NCBI GenBank assembly: GCA_965215195.1
Contig: CBDCDC010000002.1
Span: 4,672,001-4,736,000 of the forward strand
Direction: 5' to 3'
Length of the DNA: 64,000 nt
Origin: Candidatus Latescibacterota bacterium
GTDB lineage: Bacteria > Latescibacterota > UBA2968 > UBA8231
The translations under genes and the position numbers were made by a program. Numbering within the stretch: the stretch's first letter is position 1; each line of letters opens with the position of its first letter. Shown here in pieces: positions 18,866 through 27,885 of the stretch. The notes beneath the pieces were generated by a model, which ran no database searches, was not told the origin of the DNA, and worked only from the letters and a program-made list of their open reading frames with translations.

Positions 18866-19663
18866 CTAGTGACGCCCCTCGGCAAACGGAAAGGTCCCGT
18901 TGTATCCGAGTGCAGCTATGGCCGGCAGCGGCGAGCTGACAAAGGGAATCCCCGGGAACATCGGCGTCTGCTGGTAGTGCAGCACCACGTTGCAGCGGAT
19001 TGGGGCGTCGGCTTCTTCCTTTAACTTCGCGCCTTGGTGCGGGATGTGGCTGAAAAACACCACTGCGTCGCCGGTCATGGGATGCAGGTGGATGTGCTCC
19101 TGCCGCTCGCACCACTGGTAAAAGGGGTTGTCGGAATTGTACCCGCCTAGGTGGCGGATTTCTTGCGGTAGGGCGTTGTGGCAGAAGTTGTTGATGAAGG
19201 TCAAGCGCCCGGTCTCTGGCGCGTTGTCCGTCAGGTAAAACGTGGTGTTTATACACAGTGGCCGCAGCGCGTGCCGCGCCTCGTCGGGCGCGTCCCAATA
19301 ATAGCCAAAATCCTTGTGCCATTCCTGAGTATAAGCGCCTGGATTGATGTGTGCGCGAAAGCTCCGCAACTGGCATTGCCGCCCGAGCATGGCCCGCAAA
19401 TGCGGCGCGACCGAGGGATGGCCGACCATGGGCCGGGCCAGCTCGGGTTCCTGTTCCAGCAAGTGGTCAAACGCCACATTGCCCACTTCGTTGCTAATGT
19501 CCCATTCCCGGCGCTCGTACTTCCGCACCAAGCACGCCCGCCAAGCCAGCACCACGTCCTCGGGCAGTGCGTTGCGCACCAATAGAAACCCGTGCCGGTC
19601 GAGCGCGTCGAGCTGGTCCTCCAGCTCGGGGATTTGGGCAGTATCGGCGATAATTTCGCTCAT
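18866..19663 (-). CDS. Phytanoyl-CoA dioxygenase (PhyH) family Fe/2OG protein
   Basis: GFLLVRNAL, WHKD (HxD), YLTD, GDAVVFFSHIPHQG. Confidence 0.85.
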   Translation of the reverse strand: MSEIIADTAQIPELEDQLDALDRHGFLLVRNALPEDVVLAWRACLVRKYERREWDISNEVGNVAFDHLLEQEPELARPMVGHPSVAPHLRAMLGRQCQLRSFRAHINPGAYTQEWHKDFGYYWDAPDEARHALRPLCINTTFYLTDNAPETGRLTFINNFCHNALPQEIRHLGGYNSDNPFYQWCERQEHIHLHPMTGDAVVFFSHIPHQGAKLKEEADAPIRCNVVLHYQQTPMFPGIPFVSSPLPAIAALGYNGTFPFAEGRH

Positions 19664-19770
19664 GGAAAAGCTCCTTGATCGGTGAAAAATTAGCGGCCGT
19701 TTATTGTTTTTCTGCCGGGCTGGATGTTGCGCCTAAAGGCGCGGAATGACAGCGCTCCGGCTTTTGCCTA

Positions 19771-20481
19771 CTACTCACGCCGCGCAAAATACCGCTCCCA
19801 ACGCTCGGTCGGCGCAAAGCCCAAGATGCGCCGGGCCTTATCGACATTGTACTTCCCGTGCCCCTCATAGCTAAGCAAGTTGAACTCCTGAAAGCAGTCT
19901 GGCACTTGTGGAATTTCCAAGGCCAGCCGACAGGCGTGCTGCAAGTCCTCCCACACCAGCGTAAACGGCGGAAAATCCCCGGCCCTTTGCGTCGGCCGCG
20001 GCCCCAAGCCATTGAACAAAAAGCTGATCGTCTGAATGTGGTATGCCCGCGCGTACGTCCGGCAAATCTCGCTCGCCAAGCCCTTCGTCAGGCAGTAATA
20101 ACCCGTGGTCAAAACCGGCGGCACCTCGGCAATGTCAAAGTCGTGATCGTACGTGCGGCGGACGAACTGCGGGCCGGTGTGAATCACCTTTTTGATCCCG
20201 TGCTCGGCCGCGGCCTGCATCACGTGGAGTGCCCCGCGCGTGTTGACGTGAAAGCTCTGTTCGGGATGATCGCGCACGACCGTGAAATTCGCGATCGCGT
20301 CCATGCCCGCGGCCGCGTCCCGCACCTGCGCCCGCGACGACACATCGCAATGCACGACGGCTCTGCCATCCGGGTGAGGGGCAATGTCGGCCAGCGTCAG
20401 ATCGTATATGTCTTCGAGGCCGGGCAGCAGATTGGGGGCGATCATCCCCGAAGCCCCTAACAGCAATACCTTTTTCTTCAA
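19771..20481 (-). CDS. NAD-dependent epimerase/dehydratase (uronate dehydrogenase-like)
   Basis: LLGASGMIA, VNTRG, YCLTK (YxxxK). Confidence 0.85.
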   Translation of the reverse strand: MKKKVLLLGASGMIAPNLLPGLEDIYDLTLADIAPHPDGRAVVHCDVSSRAQVRDAAAGMDAIANFTVVRDHPEQSFHVNTRGALHVMQAAAEHGIKKVIHTGPQFVRRTYDHDFDIAEVPPVLTTGYYCLTKGLASEICRTYARAYHIQTISFLFNGLGPRPTQRAGDFPPFTLVWEDLQHACRLALEIPQVPDCFQEFNLLSYEGHGKYNVDKARRILGFAPTERWERYFARRE

Positions 20482-21206
20482 GACGCGCCTCCGCGAAACT
20501 CGCGCTGCGGCCGATAGCCCATGGACTTAGCACGGTCGAGCAAAAACTTGGGATGGGCGAGGGGCGCGGCAATGTGGTACACGGCCCAGCGCGGCACCCA
20601 ATCTAAGGACGCGCTCGCGTCCCGCGCCAACGCCGCGCAAAACGCCTGCGCCGCATCGCGAATATCGACCCACATCAAATCGCGTTCCCGCCCGGCGACC
20701 TCCTCCTCCCGCACCAGCTTGCCGAGGCGCAACGCCGTGACCGAAATGGGATACTCGCGCGCAAATTCGCGGCACGTGATCTCGCCCAGATACCGCGCCA
20801 GCACCGCCAACTCGGGCGGTGGCAGTGGCTTGTAATGCTCGGTGACGTACACCGCGTCGGGGTACGCGCGGAACACTTCGAGGGTGCTGCCGTATACAAA
20901 CCGCTTGACGCCCGCTTCCACCGCCGCCTGCAACAGCACGTGCGTACCGCGCGTCGCTCGGTCGAGCAGGGCCTCTGCGCTTTCGGGCGCGGGCGGCGGC
21001 TCGCCCGTGTGGACGACGGCATCTACATGGCGCACCGCCTGCCATACCGCGTCCGAATCCGTCAGCCGGGCTTCGATCCATTCGACATCTTGCGGCCGCG
21101 CCGCCCAGTCGTCCAGCAGCCGCAGTTGCGCGTTTTCATTCGCGGCCAGCGCGGCGGCTACCTCTCGGCCCAATGCACTAGCCGCGCCCGTAATCAATAC
21201 CCGCAT
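20478..21206 (-). CDS. NAD-dependent epimerase/dehydratase-like protein, degenerate active site
   Basis: MRVLITGAASALG Rossmann fold; GVKRFVYGST; no canonical YxxxK. Confidence 0.75.
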   Translation of the reverse strand: MRVLITGAASALGREVAAALAANENAQLRLLDDWAARPQDVEWIEARLTDSDAVWQAVRHVDAVVHTGEPPPAPESAEALLDRATRGTHVLLQAAVEAGVKRFVYGSTLEVFRAYPDAVYVTEHYKPLPPPELAVLARYLGEITCREFAREYPISVTALRLGKLVREEEVAGRERDLMWVDIRDAAQAFCAALARDASASLDWVPRWAVYHIAAPLAHPKFLLDRAKSMGYRPQREFRGGAS

Positions 21207-21218
21207 CAACCGCATCCT

Positions 21219-22361
21219 CTAGCGGAACCAATCGTACGTCAGCGCCAAGCTGCGGTCGGCCAGCGGCAATTCCACCCGCTCGCCGCCCCGAGCGGCCGAC
21301 TGCTTCAGCCCCAGTTCCACCTCCAGCGCGACCGCGACCCGGCGGCCGGAATTTTTCGGCTCGTCCAACCGCCCCTCCATGCAGGCGATCAGGTCGTCGA
21401 GGCAATACACCGTCCGCATGCCCGGCAAAAACTGCGGCGCCGGCCACGGCATTTCCACCCGCCCGGCGGCCGGCGTTTCCACGTCTTGATAGAGCCGCCA
21501 CCGATTGTGCTCAAAGACGACCTCCCCCCGACTCCCGGAAATCCGCACTTCGGGCGCACCAGCGCGGATGTGGACCACCAAGCCATCGCGGCACGCGATC
21601 ATCCCCTGCCCCATGAACTCAGTGCTGCCGCGCTCCCGGCGCGGCTGATCGCCCGTGCCGCACACCCAGATCGGATCGCCGGTCAAAAAGTAGGTCCAGT
21701 CCTGATGCTGAGCCAAAACTGGGACCCGCGCTTCGAGCGACCGCACCTTGCCAATCGCCCCCGCCTGCACCAGCGACTTGGCCCGCGCAAACGACGGATG
21801 CGAGACGCTCGTCGCCCCGCCCACCAGCGGCACGCCGGCCTCGGCGCACGCTCCGACCATGGCGTCGGCCTCGGCCAGCGAGAACGCCATCGGTTTATCT
21901 ACCAACACGCCCCGCACCCCGGCGGCGACCGCTGCCACCGTCAGTGCGGACCGCCCCTCCGTATTCGTGGCAATTGCTGCGATGTCCAGCCGCTCCTCGT
22001 CCAACATCGCCAGCGCATCCGCGTACAAGGCTGCAATGCCGTAGCGCTCCCCGAATAGGACCCGCCGCCGCGGATCTCGGTCGGCCCCGGCCACCAATTC
22101 CACTTCGGGCCGGTCGCAAAGGGCCGCAGCATACGAAGTAGCCAACCCCTCCCGCCCGGGGTGATCGTACAGGTGAAACGTCCGCTTGACATCGAGCCCG
22201 TCCGGCAGGGGTCGGTCGGCACTTTCGACATCGTACACGGGGTTTTCGTGCGGCCCGAGGATGCGCTCGTAATCGCGCTTCCCCAAGTCGTAGAGCATCC
22301 CCATCCACCCCAAGCCAATGACGCCGGCGCGATACTTTTTTGGTTCTGTCGCTAAGGACAC
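21219..22361 (-). CDS. Gfo/Idh/MocA oxidoreductase
   Basis: GVIGLGWMG, VDKPMA; GTG start. Confidence 0.85.
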   Translation of the reverse strand: MSLATEPKKYRAGVIGLGWMGMLYDLGKRDYERILGPHENPVYDVESADRPLPDGLDVKRTFHLYDHPGREGLATSYAAALCDRPEVELVAGADRDPRRRVLFGERYGIAALYADALAMLDEERLDIAAIATNTEGRSALTVAAVAAGVRGVLVDKPMAFSLAEADAMVGACAEAGVPLVGGATSVSHPSFARAKSLVQAGAIGKVRSLEARVPVLAQHQDWTYFLTGDPIWVCGTGDQPRRERGSTEFMGQGMIACRDGLVVHIRAGAPEVRISGSRGEVVFEHNRWRLYQDVETPAAGRVEMPWPAPQFLPGMRTVYCLDDLIACMEGRLDEPKNSGRRVAVALEVELGLKQSAARGGERVELPLADRSLALTYDWFR

Positions 22362-22441
22362 GACCCCTCCTGTGGGTACGTTCGTGCTTGATGTAGGACG
22401 CCCTTGAATGCGAATGCGTTATCAATCATATAGGCGTAAAC

Positions 22442-22593
22442 CTTAGTACACGACCCCTAAAGTAAGCGACCCTTACTTTGAGTACGCCTTTTCTGCGGTT
22501 TCCGCTGGGTGCGGGATCGAGGGCGTCCCGTCCTCGCCGAGGGCAAGATGCCCTCGATCCTTGGCCGGCTGAAGGCTGGTGGCGTGTAGTAAG
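22442..22593. mobile_element. 152-bp MITE with a REP-like double palindrome
   Basis: TIR CTTAGTACACGAC / GGCGTGTAGTAAG (11/13); perfect 9-bp TSD GGCGTAAAC (22433-22441 and 22594-22602); internal GGATCGAGGGCGTCCCGTCCTCG-CC-GAGGGCAAGATGCCCTCGATCC. Confidence 0.85.
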
Positions 22594-22626
22594 GGCGTAA
22601 ACTATTGATAAAATTGATAAACATTG

Positions 22627-22643
22627 GCGGGCAAGCTGCCCGC
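22627..22643. repeat. REP-like palindrome
   Basis: GCGGGCA-AGC-TGCCCGC has the same architecture as the MITE-internal GAGGGCA-AGA-TGCCCTC. Confidence 0.55.
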
Positions 22644-22700
22644 GCCCCCGGCGGAAACCTTAGAGTTAGGGCTTTCCACTGGGCTGCGGGTGGGGTGCGG

Positions 22701-22928
22701 TCAGAGTTTGATGACGGCGATGAGGACGCCGGTGATGGCCACCAACGTGCCCATTATCCAAAGGAAATAGGTGTCCATGCGCTTGTTGGTTTCGTCGATG
22801 CGGTCATGTCCGGCTCTTATTTGGACTCGCAGGTCTTGAATGTCGTCGCGCAGGTAGCTAATGACCCAAGGCATTTCTCCGGGGGTGGGGGGGACCGCAC
22901 GGGTTGGAGGATCGGTGCTTTCGCTCAT
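22701..22928 (-). CDS. Small coiled-coil protein with a C-terminal TM anchor (DUF1640/XhlA-like)
   Basis: RBS AGGAG; heptad LRDDIQDLRVQI...RIDETNKRMD followed by FLWIMGTLVAITGVLIAVIKL. Confidence 0.7.
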   Translation of the reverse strand: MSESTDPPTRAVPPTPGEMPWVISYLRDDIQDLRVQIRAGHDRIDETNKRMDTYFLWIMGTLVAITGVLIAVIKL

Positions 22929-23224
22929 GGCGGGGCTCCTGTGTTAGGGGCAATATAAACCGAGTGCTAAAAACCACCAAGCGGCGGCTTTCGTGCGCGT
23001 ACCCTGCAATATCCATCCAGTGCCGACGGTCTGATAGGGCGGCTCGTGGTCGGCGCAAGCTGTGTCGAATAGTACCCATGTGTTACATGGTTGGATAGCA
23101 TATCGCAGCAAGACGAGCTTGCGCGTCAAGACGCCCTCGGCGGAGGTACATGCCGCTGGCCAAGGGGCGGCTCTGTTTCTGTGCAGCCCGATAGATTTGC
23201 TGTCTCAAACCTTTAATGGCTTTT

Positions 23225-23328
23225 CTAACTACACGACACCAATAACTTGTCGTTGATGGGCGATGCGTCCGGGATCGAGGGCAAGATGCCCTCGATCCGA
23301 GGGTAAGGCCCTACTGTCGTGTACTTAG
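23225..23328. mobile_element. 104-bp MITE, same family as 22442-22593
   Basis: TIR CTAACTACACGAC / GTCGTGTACTTAG (12/13); 8-bp TSD TGGCTTTT; perfect 12-bp hairpin GGATCGAGGGCA-AGA-TGCCCTCGATCC (23272-23298). Confidence 0.85.
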
Positions 23329-23342
23329 TGGCTTTTTTTAGT

Positions 23343-23371
23343 TTGACACCAGTCGATGTCTCGCCCATTTT
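23343..23371 (+). promoter_or_regulatory. Possible sigma70 promoter of the envelope operon
   Basis: TTGACA-N17-CATTTT, preceded by a T-tract. Confidence 0.35.
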
Positions 23372-23462
23372 GCCATCTCTCAGGTCTGTTCGCTGTTCGC
23401 ATCGCCTGTCGATTCGGGGTTCTTACAGCTATCCTGTGGCACGTCAGCCCTCTTGATTGCTC

Positions 23463-25160
23463 ATGCGCAACCTGCTCGCCGCCTGTCTAGCTCGCATCTC
23501 GCTCCAGACCGCAGTGAAATCCCTCATTGCACTCGTCCTCCTAGCCCTGCTCGGCTGTGCGCCCGACGAGGTGGTCCTCGCCAAGATCGCAGATTCCGAG
23601 ATAACGGAGGCCGAGTTGGCGGAATTTGTCGCCCGGTTGCCCAAACATCTGCGCAGCGACGAGCAGGGAATTGAGGCGGACCGAGAACACCTCGAGTCCA
23701 TGGTTGACCAAGAGTTGCTCCTGCTAGAGGCGAGGAGCCGGGGGCTGGACACGGCCGCAGCGCTAGTCCAGCAAATGGAGGACGCCGTGCGGCGACGCCT
23801 GTCCATGCGCTACCAGCGCGAGGTGATCGCGTCGAAGATAGACATCGGCCCCAAGGAGATTGAACGCGCCTTCCGCGACATGGGCTTCGACCGAGAGCGC
23901 CTGCTGAACCGCATCGTCGTAAGCGGAAGCCAACGGGACGCACAGGCCGTGCTCGAGCAGCTCGAAGCCGGAAGAGAGTTCTCCGACCTAGCGAGAGAGC
24001 ATTCCGCAAACGACGCCAAGGCCGACTCAAACGGCGCGATCGGCTGGATTGGGTTGACCCAGCTCAAGCGCTTCCTGATTCCGCAGCGCGAGTTCCTCTC
24101 GCTCCCGGTCGACAAACCGGCGCTGATGCGCCTTTCGCCCGGGGCCTATCAGATCATCCAGTTCGCAGCAGACCGGGAGGCCCAGATCCAAACCTACCAA
24201 GAGGAGATTCTCAAACTACTTCACATGGAGCAGTGGTGGCGCCGCACCGAAGAGGAGGTCGAACTCCTCGGCCGAGCGCACGGCGTCCAGTTCCATGCGC
24301 AAGGGGTGCAGGCGTTGATCCAACGCGTCGAGAAACGCCAGAGCGAGTTGTCGGAGGAACAAGCGCGGCAACCCCTTTTCACGTTTGCCGACGGAAGCGT
24401 TATTACAGCGGCTGACTTCTTGACGCGGCTGCGAAAACTGGGCCGCAACTCGGCGGTGAAAGATAGTGCGCGGATCGTCGCCATGGCCGAGCAAGAGCTC
24501 CTCCATCCCTATTTGTTTAGCCTCGCGGCTCGCGAACGCGAGTGGCACGAGGAGGAGGGCTTTGTCGACTGGCGATCCCACACCCACACCGGACTGTTGC
24601 TGGACCGTCTGATGCAGCTCGAAGTGGAGGACCACCTTTCTCTTGCGGAAGCCGACTTGCAGGCCTACTACAATGCCAACCGCGAGAGTTTCCGCACGGC
24701 CGAAACGGTCCGCATCGAGGAAGTACACGTGCAGGACGAGGCCGCCGCCATGCAGTTGCGCGACGAAATAGAGCGGGGAGCGGAGTTTGCCGCAATCCTT
24801 CAGCGTCCCGGGGTGGCTTCGCACGGCATCCATAAAAGGGGCGGCGAGATGATCGTTCAGCCCCACCTCACGGGCGGTTTTCCAGAATTGGTTGAGGCTG
24901 CATTCGCCGCGCAAGAGGGCGAGTTGGTTGGTCCGGTTTACCTAGAGAAGCCGGATAGTTATGCCATTCTCCGGGTCCTCGAGCGGCAGCAGAGCCGCAG
25001 CAAATCCTTTGCAGAGGCCCGGAAGTCGGTCGAGTACGCGTTGCGTTTGCAGCAGCGAGACACCCTAATCTCCGGCTTCTTCCGGTCGCTGCGGGAGCAA
25101 TACGAGGACCGCATCGTCATCTTCGCCGACCGCTTGGAGCAGCGGCACCAGGGTCAGTAA
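23463..25160 (+). CDS. PpiC/SurA/PrsA-like peptidylprolyl isomerase chaperone, lipoprotein, two rotamase-like domains
   Basis: Lipobox LLGC (an alternative GTG start lies at 23514); VLAKIADSEIT, GREFSDLAREHS, GAEFAAI, AFAAQEGELVGPV, FAEARKSV. Confidence 0.8.
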   Translation: MRNLLAACLARISLQTAVKSLIALVLLALLGCAPDEVVLAKIADSEITEAELAEFVARLPKHLRSDEQGIEADREHLESMVDQELLLLEARSRGLDTAAALVQQMEDAVRRRLSMRYQREVIASKIDIGPKEIERAFRDMGFDRERLLNRIVVSGSQRDAQAVLEQLEAGREFSDLAREHSANDAKADSNGAIGWIGLTQLKRFLIPQREFLSLPVDKPALMRLSPGAYQIIQFAADREAQIQTYQEEILKLLHMEQWWRRTEEEVELLGRAHGVQFHAQGVQALIQRVEKRQSELSEEQARQPLFTFADGSVITAADFLTRLRKLGRNSAVKDSARIVAMAEQELLHPYLFSLAAREREWHEEEGFVDWRSHTHTGLLLDRLMQLEVEDHLSLAEADLQAYYNANRESFRTAETVRIEEVHVQDEAAAMQLRDEIERGAEFAAILQRPGVASHGIHKRGGEMIVQPHLTGGFPELVEAAFAAQEGELVGPVYLEKPDSYAILRVLERQQSRSKSFAEARKSVEYALRLQQRDTLISGFFRSLREQYEDRIVIFADRLEQRHQGQ

Positions 25161-25201
25161 CAGGTGGAGTCCGGCTCGCGCTTCATCAGCGAGGGAGCCA
25201 A

Positions 25202-27877
25202 TTGATAAACCTGCACGACAATACAGCTAAGGGGCTCATCGTCCTAGGGCTTTTGAGCACCAGCCTCCTACCAGCGGCCGGGCAGCAGGACTACGGCGCG
25301 CGCCTGGGCTGGGGCCAAGGGGACGAGTATAGCTATGCCCCCCAAGGGCCGGGGGTGATGCTCAACGCCATTGACCCGGCCATACGCAAGTGGTACGTGC
25401 CCCAAGAGCTCTACCTAGACTACCGCTGGCACCAGTGGGAGTACACGAACTATGCGCGGGATCACTACCAGCGCTACATCGACACCTCGCTAGAGGGCGA
25501 ATACTTCTACGACATCTACGGCAACTCGCTCCCCCGCGGCTGGTTGATCTACAACAATTCGCAGACCACGCCGGGGCAGTTCGGCAACTCCCTGTTCAAA
25601 TCCAATCGCTTCAGAGACTGGTTCTCCGGCGTGGTCGTCACCCACGACCAGAAGGGTCAATACTATTTCTCGCTGACCGTGAGCAATCAGCTATACACGA
25701 CCCTGACGCCCATGGTGTTCTCCAAGCCGCGCTTCGACGGGCTGCAGTTCGACCTAGCCACGGACCGCGTCGAGGCCACGCTGCTCTATTCCCGCATAAG
25801 CAATCCCGGCGCCAGCAGCACCCTCAACAGGGAATCCTTGAGCACCAACAACACGAGCTTGATCGGTGGGCGGCTGACCGGGGAGATCGGCGATTATGCC
25901 AAGGTGGGGCTACACGCCGTCAACGCCCACCAGTCCAACACGTTGCGCGACAGGACGAGCTGGAACCCCTTAGCCGGCGAGCTGACCGTGGCGCAGAACA
26001 AACCCATCGGTTTCATCCAGCTCGTACTGCGCGACGACTCGCCCGAGGACGGCGAGGGGGGCGCGGCGTACTTTCCGGCCGGATCAGACATCTTCATCAC
26101 CTATCAGGACGGCACCCGGGAGCGGGGTAGGGAGATCGGCTTCCTGCCGCTCGTGGAGGGCGGGATTGTCCGCCAGGGCTTCATCGCCGCTGACGGCGCG
26201 GAAGAGGTGCGGCTGGTCTACGACTTCGACAGTCCCGGTTTTCTCGACCAAGCGAAATTTACCAAGGCCGAGATCGTCGAGGTAGAATTCCGGCTGCAGA
26301 TGGGCAACGACTACCAAGTTTGGGTAACCTCCGATCAGCAGACCGATTTCGACGGCCAGCCGGTCCTGCTGCTCGTGGCCCAAGCCGAGGGCAACGTCCG
26401 CGACATCACCAATCTGCGCACGGTGCGCTTCCACTACGGGCTGCCCACCGCAACCCATATCGCCGGAGGCAGTCTCGAGATTCGCGCCCCGTTCGGCTTC
26501 GACTTCTACGGCGAGTACGACCGCAGCTGGACCTACCGCAAATACCCCAACGTCGCAGAGGAAACGCACCACTCCTCCTCTGGCATCCGAGGCGCGGCGA
26601 GCGCGCCGGCCTGGATGGTGAACGTTTCCCAGAGCAGGGCACCGTGGTTTTTCTTCGGCGAAGCCTACAGCATGGACCCGTTCTACAACACGCGCACCTT
26701 CCTCACCTCCGGCGTCGGAGAGATCGACTACGGCGATACGCGCCGCAGCGGGTTTGAACTGGTTGAGGACAACGACGACCACGACCGCGTCCCGGATACG
26801 GTGCGGGCCGATTGGCTGGAAGGCGACAAGGAGGTCTTCCCCAACTGGGACCAGAACAACGACTTCGTGCCCGATTTCAACCAGAACGACAACAGGGTAC
26901 GCGCCAATGCCATCCCCGACTACGAGGAAGCCTTCCTGCGCTTCGGCGTGGACCGCCCCCAGTTCCTCTTCGGCGTCGATATGAACCACAACTTCTGGAT
27001 CGATCAGTATGAGAACGACGAAGCCCCCGACTTCCCGTACCGCCGAGACCACGAGGGGTTCAACCTCTATGCCGGGGCCGCTATCACCCCCGCAGTGAAG
27101 GTGATAGCGGGCGTCCTGCGGGAGGCGTTGATCTCGAGCGACAAGAGGAATCACAGCAACTACGCCTTGCTGACTATTGATTCGGATACGCCCCGTTTTG
27201 GCCGGCTGCGCACCTACTGGATGGCCCAATGGGTTGAGGACGATATCCCCGATCCCCTGTTGCAGTGGGCGCCCGACAACTCCCTGCGCGGCGGGGAGCT
27301 CATCCGCATCGAAGATCCGCTCCTCGCGCGGGACACCTATATCAACCAACTCTTCGTCGGCTACTCCCTGCAAACAGGCCCTTGGCTGGTTGTCAACAAG
27401 GTCCGCCACGTCCTCTACGACCAGCGGATGTCCGACGAGCGCCGGCAGAAACTGGGCCTTTCTAACAAGGACTACTTCTTCGGTTTGACCAACAAGGCGA
27501 GCTACCGTCGCTGGGTCGGGCCTTTCCTGCTGGAACCGCGCTGGAAGAGCGAGTACATCCGCCAGACCCGCGGCCTGTTCGACGCCGGCCGGCGATCGAG
27601 CCTCACCGAGATGGTCGCGGCCATAGCGGAGACTCCGCTCTTGAGTGCATCCAAGGTCCAGACCGGAGTCGAGTACCTATACTTCAATGATCTGGACGAT
27701 GACCAGCGGGATTTCAACGCCCTAACCGTGGCGATACAGTTCACCACCGATTCCACCTATCTGGGTTACGGCCTGCGCTCGCTGCTCGGGGTTTCCGTAG
27801 AACACCGGGACTTCAAGCAGCGGAAGTCGCGGACGACCAATCAGTTTTTCATTACGCTCTACGCCGGTCTGGAGTAG
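25202..27877 (+). CDS. Uncharacterised ~890-aa exported protein, putative outer-membrane beta-barrel with Asp-rich Ca-binding-like repeats (paralog A)
   Basis: Signal peptide; alternating amphipathic strands in the C-terminal third ending QFFITLYAGLE; DNDDHDRVPD, DQNNDFVPD and DMNHN repeats; extensive identity to 31957-34704. Confidence 0.6.
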   Translation: MINLHDNTAKGLIVLGLLSTSLLPAAGQQDYGARLGWGQGDEYSYAPQGPGVMLNAIDPAIRKWYVPQELYLDYRWHQWEYTNYARDHYQRYIDTSLEGEYFYDIYGNSLPRGWLIYNNSQTTPGQFGNSLFKSNRFRDWFSGVVVTHDQKGQYYFSLTVSNQLYTTLTPMVFSKPRFDGLQFDLATDRVEATLLYSRISNPGASSTLNRESLSTNNTSLIGGRLTGEIGDYAKVGLHAVNAHQSNTLRDRTSWNPLAGELTVAQNKPIGFIQLVLRDDSPEDGEGGAAYFPAGSDIFITYQDGTRERGREIGFLPLVEGGIVRQGFIAADGAEEVRLVYDFDSPGFLDQAKFTKAEIVEVEFRLQMGNDYQVWVTSDQQTDFDGQPVLLLVAQAEGNVRDITNLRTVRFHYGLPTATHIAGGSLEIRAPFGFDFYGEYDRSWTYRKYPNVAEETHHSSSGIRGAASAPAWMVNVSQSRAPWFFFGEAYSMDPFYNTRTFLTSGVGEIDYGDTRRSGFELVEDNDDHDRVPDTVRADWLEGDKEVFPNWDQNNDFVPDFNQNDNRVRANAIPDYEEAFLRFGVDRPQFLFGVDMNHNFWIDQYENDEAPDFPYRRDHEGFNLYAGAAITPAVKVIAGVLREALISSDKRNHSNYALLTIDSDTPRFGRLRTYWMAQWVEDDIPDPLLQWAPDNSLRGGELIRIEDPLLARDTYINQLFVGYSLQTGPWLVVNKVRHVLYDQRMSDERRQKLGLSNKDYFFGLTNKASYRRWVGPFLLEPRWKSEYIRQTRGLFDAGRRSSLTEMVAAIAETPLLSASKVQTGVEYLYFNDLDDDQRDFNALTVAIQFTTDSTYLGYGLRSLLGVSVEHRDFKQRKSRTTNQFFITLYAGLE

Positions 27878-27885
27878 AGAGGTCC

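Noticed and set aside
17915-27409. Long antisense or alternate-frame ORFs (e.g. 17915-19024, 20835-22058, 26084-27409)
   Set aside because: These are shadow ORFs of real GC-rich genes with no recognisable motifs.
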